Below are positions 57,073 through 64,000 of a stretch of 64,000 bases of DNA, in pieces (the first letter of the stretch is position 1; every line of letters starts with the position of its first letter). The notes beneath the pieces were generated by a model. That model had not been told where the DNA came from. It saw nothing but the letters and a program-made list of their open reading frames with translations, and did not search any database. A program made the position numbers and the translations under genes. The stretch is taken from NCBI GenBank assembly GCA_040878325.1, contig JBBDMM010000016.1, positions 62,001 to 126,000 on the forward strand. Reading direction: 5' to 3'. Source of the stretch: Acidimicrobiia bacterium (GTDB lineage Bacteria > Actinomycetota > Acidimicrobiia > Spongiisociales > UBA11373).

Positions 57073-58974
57073 ATGCCCTCTCTCCCCTACGGCTCCTGGC
57101 CTTCGCCGATCTCGGCCGACGCGGCCACCCGGAGCGGTATCCGTTTTACGGACGCCATCAGGGTCGACGGCGCCGATCTCTATTGGGTCGAGAGCCGGCC
57201 ACACGAGGGCGGCCGGTCGGCGTTGGTGCGCCGCGACGGCGCAGGCACGATCGCCGACTTCGGGCCCGCCGACTTCGACGCCCGGAGCCGTGTCCACGAA
57301 TACGGCGGGGCGGCCTACATCCCCTTTGGGGGTGTGGTGTATGCCGCCCGGTTCGACGATCAGCGTTGGTATCGCCTCGAGGAAGATCGCGCCGACGCCA
57401 TCACTCCCCCAGAGGAGCCCGGACCACGATTCGCCGATCTCACTGTGGGGGCCGGATGGGCGATCGGGGTTCAGGAGCGGCATTCGCCGGAAGGGGAGCC
57501 GGAGAATTCGCTTGCCCGGATCGACCTCGGGGGGGGTGCGCCCGCGGTCGTGGCCTCCGGCCACGACTTCTTCGCGACTCCGCGGCTCTCGCCCGATCAA
57601 CGGCGCATTGCCTGGCTCACGTGGGATCACCCGAACATGCCCTGGGATGGCACCGACTTGTGGGTCGCGGACATCGATGCCACCGGACTCGAAATCGGAG
57701 CACCAACTCATGTCGCCGGCGGGTCGGCCGAGTCGGTCCTGCAGCCCGAGTGGGGACCGGACGGTGCGCTGTACTTCGCTTCGGACCGCACCGGGTGGTG
57801 GAACCTCTATAGGTTCGACTCGACGGTCACGCCGGTGTTGATCGACGAGGCCGAGTACAGCCAGGAAATGTGGAATCTCGGTCTACGACGCTTTGCCTTC
57901 CTCGGCGACGGACGACTCGTGGTCGCCAAGGAGGCGGTGGACGGGGACCGGTTGGTGGTCGTCGAGCCACAGCCGCGGGAGCTCGACTTGCCGTTTCAGT
58001 CCTTGGGCACGTCGATCGCGACGCGAGGCTCTTCGGTCTTCGCGGTTGCGGCGGCATTCGATCGCCCCACATCGGTGGTGAGAATCGATGTGGACACGGG
58101 TGAAGTCGAGGTGATCCGAAGCCCCGACGGCCAGCCGATCGACCCTGGATTCACGAGTATCCCCGAGCAGATCGTCTTCGACACCCCCGACGGCCCGGCC
58201 CATGCCCTCTGCTATCCACCACAGCATCCGAGCCACACCGGTCCGGAGGATGCGGCGCCACCGGCGATCGTGAACATCCACGGCGGGCCGACTTCACGTC
58301 TCTCGATGGGGCTCGACCCCGAGCGTCTCTTCTGGACCAGCAGGGGTTTCGCCATCATCGACGTCGACCACGGAGGGTCGACGGGCCACGGAAGGGCGTA
58401 CCGCGAGCGGCTCCGTGGCCAATGGGGTGTCGTCGACGTCCGCGACTGCGCCCTGGCGGCGGCCGAGTGCGCCCGAAGGGGTCTTGCCGACGCCTCGCGC
58501 CTGGTGATTCGCGGTGGGAGCGCTGGCGGGTTCACCGTCCTGGCAGCGCTCGCTCATCGGCACGAGTTCGCCGGAGGTGCGGCCAGATACGCCGTCACTG
58601 ATCTGGAGACGCTCGCCGCCGACACCCACAAGTTCGAATCGCGCTACCTCGACACCCTCGTCGGACCGTACCCGGCCACCCGCGACCGGTACATCGAGCG
58701 CTCCCCTGTCACCCATTGCGACAGAATCACCGCCCCGGTACTGCTGCTCCAGGGCTCCGAGGACAAGGTGGTGCCACCCTCCCAGGCCCATGCGATGCGT
58801 GATCGGTTGCTCGCCAACGGCGTACACGTCGAATACATCGAGTTTACCGGCGAGGCCCACGGCTTCCGAGGGGCTTCGGCCCGCATCGGTGCGCTCGAGG
58901 CGGAATTGGCGTTCTTTGGCCGGGTGCTCGGCTTCGACCCCCACGACCGAACAGACGACGGCGGCTCCGTATGA
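57073..58974 (+). CDS. S9 prolyl oligopeptidase/acyl-peptide hydrolase family
   Basis: PYGSWPSPI, HGGP, GGSAGG, EDKVV, GEAHGF. Confidence 0.95.
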   Translation: MPSLPYGSWPSPISADAATRSGIRFTDAIRVDGADLYWVESRPHEGGRSALVRRDGAGTIADFGPADFDARSRVHEYGGAAYIPFGGVVYAARFDDQRWYRLEEDRADAITPPEEPGPRFADLTVGAGWAIGVQERHSPEGEPENSLARIDLGGGAPAVVASGHDFFATPRLSPDQRRIAWLTWDHPNMPWDGTDLWVADIDATGLEIGAPTHVAGGSAESVLQPEWGPDGALYFASDRTGWWNLYRFDSTVTPVLIDEAEYSQEMWNLGLRRFAFLGDGRLVVAKEAVDGDRLVVVEPQPRELDLPFQSLGTSIATRGSSVFAVAAAFDRPTSVVRIDVDTGEVEVIRSPDGQPIDPGFTSIPEQIVFDTPDGPAHALCYPPQHPSHTGPEDAAPPAIVNIHGGPTSRLSMGLDPERLFWTSRGFAIIDVDHGGSTGHGRAYRERLRGQWGVVDVRDCALAAAECARRGLADASRLVIRGGSAGGFTVLAALAHRHEFAGGAARYAVTDLETLAADTHKFESRYLDTLVGPYPATRDRYIERSPVTHCDRITAPVLLLQGSEDKVVPPSQAHAMRDRLLANGVHVEYIEFTGEAHGFRGASARIGALEAELAFFGRVLGFDPHDRTDDGGSV

Positions 58975-59029
58975 CCCGGGTCCACGATCGAAATGCCGAC
59001 AACCGGTGAGGGCGTAGAGTCCCGTGCCT

Positions 59030-61918
59030 ATGCGGCGCACCCTTGCCTTGCTCCTCACCATCGCTGCCGTGAGCGGGGCCTGCGGCGGCACTGCGACGGA
59101 CGGCTCCAGCACCACCGCCGGGCCAGGGACCACCACCGCACCGACGATCCCTCCGCCGGACGGCGAGTTTCCCGGCGACGAGGAACTCCTCGCCCTCGAC
59201 GATGAGGTCCGCCGGGGCGTCCTTGGCAACGGCCTCACCTATTACATCCGTGAGAACACCGCGCCAGGTGCGCGAGCCCAACTGAGGCTTGCGGTCAAGG
59301 CCGGGTCGGTGCAGGAGACGGCAGACCAGCGGGGAGTCGCCCACTACCTCGAACACATGATGTTCAACGGAACCGAGCGCTATCCGGCCAACGAACTGAT
59401 TCGCGTGTTGCAGCGTTTCGGCTCGGAATTCGGGGCCGATATCAACGCGTACACCAGCTATGAGGAGACGGTCTATTTCCTCGATCTCCCCACCGACGAT
59501 CCGGCGACGATCGAGGCGGGGTTCGATGTCCTCTTCGAGTGGGCCTCCGCCGCGACGCTCGACCCAGGCGAGGTGGATCTAGAGCGCGGTGTTCTCCTCG
59601 AGGAGTGGCGCATCCGCGACCAGGGGTTCTGGGGCCGTTACTTCGTGGGCGTCACCGAACGCCTTCTCGCCGGCACCCTTTACGCCGAGCGCAATCCGCT
59701 AGCGGGACCGGCACTCCTCGACACGACGACAGTCGAAGGCCTTCGTGATTTCTACGACCGGTGGTACCGGCCCGACAACATGGCGATCATCGCGGTCGGT
59801 GATTTCGACGCGGACGACATCCAGGTGCTTATCGAGGACCGGTTCGGCGACCTGGTGCCACGAGGCGGCCTCGATCCCGTGCCCATCGTTCCGACCGAGG
59901 CATTCACCGAGCCTGCCTTCTTGATAATGGCCGATCCCGAGTCGCCAGAGACATTCGTGGAACTCAACTACCCGGTGCCCGTGGCCGGGGATCCGAGCAC
60001 CGTCGGGTCCGTGCGCCGCGAGGTGGCCTCCCAACTCGCCTTCGACATCCTCGCAACGAGGCTCCATGAGGACACCTTGGGCACCGTCACCCCATTTTTC
60101 GACCCTTCCTTCGCTGCCAACCCGCTGGTGCGGACCCAGGCGAGCCCTGGAGTGGCGGCATACACCAACCCCGCCGACCTGGGCGCGACGACGGAGTGGC
60201 TGCTGATCGAGGTGGAGCGGGCTCGTGCCCTCGGTTTCACCGAGGACGAGGTCTCCCGGGCCGTCGAGCGCTACCGGGCGCTCGTCGAAGCCGAGTACGA
60301 CCAGCGCGATTCCACCCAGGACCGCCAGCATGCCGCGGCCTACACCGAGCACTTCCTTGGCAACCATCCCGCGCCGACGGCGGAGGCGTGGCGAGACATC
60401 CAACTGCGCATCCTCGACGAGATGACGGTCGACCAGGTCTGGACCGCGTACGCCGGCACCGTGGAGAGCACGCACCCGCTCGTCATCCTCGCCGGACCCG
60501 AGTCCGCGGCACACCTCTTCCCCAGTGAGGCGGAGCTCCTCGCCTTGATCGAACAAGTGGCCTCCACCCCCGCCCTCCCCCGTGCAGACGAGGTGATCGA
60601 GGTAGGGCCGCTGATGGCTCGACCGGAGCCCGCCGAGACAACTTCGCGCGGCACTTTCTCCGATACCGGCCTGCCGATGATCGTGCTCGAGAACGGTGCG
60701 ACGGTCGTGCTCTTTCCGACGACGATCCATGCCGGCCACCTCACGCTGCTGGCCAGCAGCCCGGGCGGATGGGCCGCCCTGGCAGAGAGCGCGGTCGCCG
60801 AGGCAAAGCTGATCGACTCGATAATCGGGGTGAGCGGCATCGCCGACCTCGACGCCGTCGCCCTCGAACGGCATCTCGAGGGCGAGACCGTCTCGCTCGT
60901 GCCCTACGTGTCCGAGGTGGAGGAAGGCTTCTTTGGTGAGGCGGCCACCAAGGATCTCGAAACCCTGATGCAGTTGCTGCACCTCCAGATGAGTGCTCCC
61001 CGGTTCGATCCGATCGCGATCGACATCGTGCAGAAGCGGTGGGCACCGATCGTGAGCGACCCATACGCGGTGCCCGATCGGGCCGTGGCGGTGGCACTGG
61101 CGGAGATTCGATTCCCCGGTGATCAGCGGTTCGGACACCTGGTGAGCCCCGAAGAGCTCGCCGCGCTCGATCTCGAGGAGGTGCGCGCGGCGTTCGCCGA
61201 CCGCTTCGGCAACGCGGGGGACTTCGTCTTTGCCCTGGTCGGTGACTTCCAGGTGCCCGAGGCAGAAGACCTGGTCAGGCGCTACATCGGCACCCTGCCC
61301 GCGGCCCCGGGCCGCGAGGACCAGACGAACGTGCGCCCTGCGTCCCCAGCCGGGGTCGTCGAGGAAGTGGTCGAGGCCGGCACCGGAGTGAGAGGCGGGA
61401 TCGTCTACCTGTTCAGCACACCGCTGACACTCGATCCGGATGTGAGAGTGGCTGCCGCCATCCTCGAAGCGATCATCCAGGACCGCCTCACCACCAAGAT
61501 CCGTGAGGAACTCTCGGCCTCCTACTCGCCGTCCGTCCGGATCGCCGTCGTCGAGGATCCGGAAGACCTGGTCGACATCATCATCAGAGTCGACGGCGAT
61601 CCCGAGAACCTCGGGCTCGTCGCGGAGGCAGTGCTCGAGACCCTGACCGATCTCGCAGTCGAAGGACCAACCGACGAGGAGTTCACGGTGGGCAGGGAAC
61701 AGGTGCTGCGCAACTACGAGCTGATCAACAACGCCTCATTGGCGCAAGCCATCATCTTCTCGGCCTTCAACCCCGGCGAGTTCTACAGCGAGATCATCGG
61801 CCGGATCGATCGGGTCGCGGCCATGGAGATCGATGCAGTCCGCACGCTGGCCGGCCAACTGATCACGCTCGACGACTACATCGAACTGCGGCTGGTGCCC
61901 GTGGGATTTACCGGCTGA
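59030..61918 (+). CDS. M16 (insulinase/PqqL-like) zinc peptidase lipoprotein
   Basis: Lipobox SGAC, inverted zinc motif HYLEH, NAYTS, WYRPDN; two-module architecture. Confidence 0.93.
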   Translation: MRRTLALLLTIAAVSGACGGTATDGSSTTAGPGTTTAPTIPPPDGEFPGDEELLALDDEVRRGVLGNGLTYYIRENTAPGARAQLRLAVKAGSVQETADQRGVAHYLEHMMFNGTERYPANELIRVLQRFGSEFGADINAYTSYEETVYFLDLPTDDPATIEAGFDVLFEWASAATLDPGEVDLERGVLLEEWRIRDQGFWGRYFVGVTERLLAGTLYAERNPLAGPALLDTTTVEGLRDFYDRWYRPDNMAIIAVGDFDADDIQVLIEDRFGDLVPRGGLDPVPIVPTEAFTEPAFLIMADPESPETFVELNYPVPVAGDPSTVGSVRREVASQLAFDILATRLHEDTLGTVTPFFDPSFAANPLVRTQASPGVAAYTNPADLGATTEWLLIEVERARALGFTEDEVSRAVERYRALVEAEYDQRDSTQDRQHAAAYTEHFLGNHPAPTAEAWRDIQLRILDEMTVDQVWTAYAGTVESTHPLVILAGPESAAHLFPSEAELLALIEQVASTPALPRADEVIEVGPLMARPEPAETTSRGTFSDTGLPMIVLENGATVVLFPTTIHAGHLTLLASSPGGWAALAESAVAEAKLIDSIIGVSGIADLDAVALERHLEGETVSLVPYVSEVEEGFFGEAATKDLETLMQLLHLQMSAPRFDPIAIDIVQKRWAPIVSDPYAVPDRAVAVALAEIRFPGDQRFGHLVSPEELAALDLEEVRAAFADRFGNAGDFVFALVGDFQVPEAEDLVRRYIGTLPAAPGREDQTNVRPASPAGVVEEVVEAGTGVRGGIVYLFSTPLTLDPDVRVAAAILEAIIQDRLTTKIREELSASYSPSVRIAVVEDPEDLVDIIIRVDGDPENLGLVAEAVLETLTDLAVEGPTDEEFTVGREQVLRNYELINNASLAQAIIFSAFNPGEFYSEIIGRIDRVAAMEIDAVRTLAGQLITLDDYIELRLVPVGFTG

Positions 61919-61948
61919 CGCCGGCAAATCCCAGCCACCAGCCACCAG

Positions 61949-63025
61949 CTAACCCGCGGATAGCCTGCGCGCCTCCTCATCCAGGACGAGGGCGTCGATG
62001 AAGTCGTCGAGGTCGCCTTCGAGGACCTCGGGGAGCCGCTTGATGCTCAACCCGATTCGGTGGTCGGTAACCCGGTTGTCCTTGTAGTTGTAGGTGCGGA
62101 TCTTCTCCGAGCGGTCACCCGACCCCACCTGGCCTTTGCGATCCGCCGCCAACTCGGCGTGCTGCCGATCCAACTCGATCTGATAGAGGCGCGCTCGGAG
62201 CACCCTGAGCGCCTTGGCCTTGTTCTGCAGCTGGGATTTCTCGTCCTGGCAGATGACCACCAGCCCGGTGGGCTTGTGGGTGATCCGCACCGCCGAGTCC
62301 GTGGTGTTCACCGACTGGCCCCCGGGCCCGGATGATCGGAACACATCGATCTGCAGGTCGTTCTCGTCCACATGGATCTCGACGTCCGCCACTTCCGGCA
62401 GCACTGCCACGGTCGCCACCGAGGTGTGGACCCGTCCCTGCGACTCGGTCTTGGGAACCCGCTGTACCCGGTGGGGGCCGGCCTCGTACTTGAACCGTGA
62501 GAACGCCCCCCGGCCCTTGACCGCGAAGGTGATCTCCTTGAAACCACCGGATTCCGAAAGTGACGTGTTGAGGGGCTCGATCGACCAGCCATGCTGCTCG
62601 GCGTAACGCTGATACATCCGGAACAGGTCGGCGGCAAACAGGGCAGCCTCATCGCCCCCGACGGCTGCCCTGATCTCGACGATCACATCCTTCTCGTCGT
62701 TGGGGTCCTTGGGGACGAGCATCACCCGCAACCGCCGGGCCAGACGCTCTGCGGTCTCCGCCCGCTCCTCGGCCATCTCTTTCAACTCCGCCGATACACC
62801 CTGATCGGATTCCTCCCTGGAAAGCTCGAGGGCCTCGGACGCCTCGGAGTCAGCTGCCCGGTACTGGTGATACACCTCGATCAGGCCCTTCAACTCGGAG
62901 TGCCTGCGGGCCACCTCGGTGTAGCGACTTTGATCGCCGAGAATCTCGGGATCGGTCAGCTGTTCGATGGTCTCCCCGTAGGCGACCTCGACCTCGGTCA
63001 TCCGATCGACGAGAGGCTGGTCCAT
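61949..63025 (-). CDS. prfA: Peptide chain release factor 1
   Basis: GGQ motif, PKT anticodon-mimic motif, RSEKIRTYN. Confidence 0.98.
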   Translation of the reverse strand: MDQPLVDRMTEVEVAYGETIEQLTDPEILGDQSRYTEVARRHSELKGLIEVYHQYRAADSEASEALELSREESDQGVSAELKEMAEERAETAERLARRLRVMLVPKDPNDEKDVIVEIRAAVGGDEAALFAADLFRMYQRYAEQHGWSIEPLNTSLSESGGFKEITFAVKGRGAFSRFKYEAGPHRVQRVPKTESQGRVHTSVATVAVLPEVADVEIHVDENDLQIDVFRSSGPGGQSVNTTDSAVRITHKPTGLVVICQDEKSQLQNKAKALRVLRARLYQIELDRQHAELAADRKGQVGSGDRSEKIRTYNYKDNRVTDHRIGLSIKRLPEVLEGDLDDFIDALVLDEEARRLSAG

Positions 63026-63963
63026 CAGGAGGACATTACGAAGCCGAGGGCACCCGGTGCGATCGGACCGCGGGCCTCGACTTCATCACGCTCCTCGGGA
63101 TCGAGGGCGGCGAGGAGCGAAGCCACCGCCACCTCCACCTGATCGTCCGAGGGTTCGGACGTGGTGAGACGCTGCAACCAGATGCCAGGCTTGGAAACGA
63201 ACGACAGCCACTTGCTATCGGCCGCCGCCTTGAGGATCTCGTACGAGACCCCGGCGATCACCGGAATGAGAAAGATGCGGCTCGCCACCAGCCAGATCAG
63301 GGCCGGCCGGCCAATGGCGGTGAACACCAAGATCGCCACCATGATCACGATCAGCAGGAAGTTGGTGCCGCAACGAGGGTGGCGGGGGCTGTGCTTCTGG
63401 ATCTGCTCGACGGCAAGGGCTTCGCCCGCCTCGTAGGAGTGAATCGTCTTGTGCTCTGCGCCGTGGAACTCGAACACGCGCTTGATGTCTTTGCTGCGGC
63501 CGATCAGCCAGATGTAGCCGATGAACATACCGAACCGAACGAGCCCGTCGACCACATTGAAGAGGACGTCGGAGTCGCTCCCCGCAAGTCTCTCGACCCC
63601 ACGGGCAGCGAACAGGGGCAGCAGCATGAACAGCCCCACGAAGAGAACGAGGGCAAAGACCATCGCTAGGGCAATCGAGCCACTGGTCAGCTCCTTGCCG
63701 TCCTCTTCGACCCCCGCCTTGCGCGCCGACCACGACAGGGCCCGGAACCCCAGGGTCAGCGACTCGGCGAGAACGAGCACCCCACGAATGAGGGGGACTT
63801 TGGCCCACGACGAGCGCATCGAGAGGCGCGGCAAGCGGTTGCGCCGCGCCTCGATGATGCCGTCAGGCCTGCGGACCGCGACCGACCAGGCATTGGGGGC
63901 GCGCATCATCACGCCTTCGATGACGGCTTGCCCCCCGACCGTGGCGCCCGGAGGGCGGCTCAC
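63025..63963 (-). CDS. DUF1385 family membrane protein
   Basis: [26 protein letters not shown]; usual position upstream of prfA. Confidence 0.92.
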   Translation of the reverse strand: MSRPPGATVGGQAVIEGVMMRAPNAWSVAVRRPDGIIEARRNRLPRLSMRSSWAKVPLIRGVLVLAESLTLGFRALSWSARKAGVEEDGKELTSGSIALAMVFALVLFVGLFMLLPLFAARGVERLAGSDSDVLFNVVDGLVRFGMFIGYIWLIGRSKDIKRVFEFHGAEHKTIHSYEAGEALAVEQIQKHSPRHPRCGTNFLLIVIMVAILVFTAIGRPALIWLVASRIFLIPVIAGVSYEILKAAADSKWLSFVSKPGIWLQRLTTSEPSDDQVEVAVASLLAALDPEERDEVEARGPIAPGALGFVMSS

Positions 63964-64000
63964 CTAGGCGTCCGAGTCGGCGGCGTCGGACCCGTCGGCA

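Noticed and set aside
63964..64000. 3-prime end of an upstream gene, possibly rpmE by synteny
   Set aside because: Only an acidic tail (ADGSDAADSDA-stop) is visible, too little to call.

Overview
High-GC chromosomal window with an actinobacterial gene set (Mca/MshB-type deacetylase, divergent sodN/sodX, iscS-mnmA-ligA). Acidimicrobiia is the likely class, inferred from gene content and Thr-rich lipoproteins. There is one 10-N scaffold gap at 7344-7353. Most of the window is housekeeping: ligA, mnmA, iscS, murA, murJ, korAB, the full F1Fo atp operon, glyA, tsaC, prmC and prfA. The main feature is a nine-gene bacterial microcompartment (BMC) operon at 19591-24881 on the minus strand: RpiB-like isomerase, DeoC, BMC-Tdp, BMC-H, BMC-P, acylating aldehyde dehydrogenase, PduT-like BMC-T and two more BMC-P. 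All three enzymes carry N-terminal encapsulation-peptide-like extensions. The operon also shows unusual residues (Asp for the RpiB catalytic Cys, His at the PduT Fe-S pore Cys, a CxxCxxxC insert in DeoC), and a divergent HTH/coiled-coil gene flanked by heptamer arrays sits next to it. Other notable items are a PPK1-Nudix fusion followed by a free His-phosphatase, an orphan HisA-like protein lacking its first catalytic Asp, an enlarged ATP synthase subunit a, two peptidase genes separating prfA from prmC, and many intergenic 7-bp tandem arrays of differing sequence that often pair into hairpins. No rRNA, tRNA, CRISPR array, transposase or prophage was recognised. All calls come from reading motifs by eye; no database searches were run, and several start codons were re-chosen relative to the supplied ORF track.
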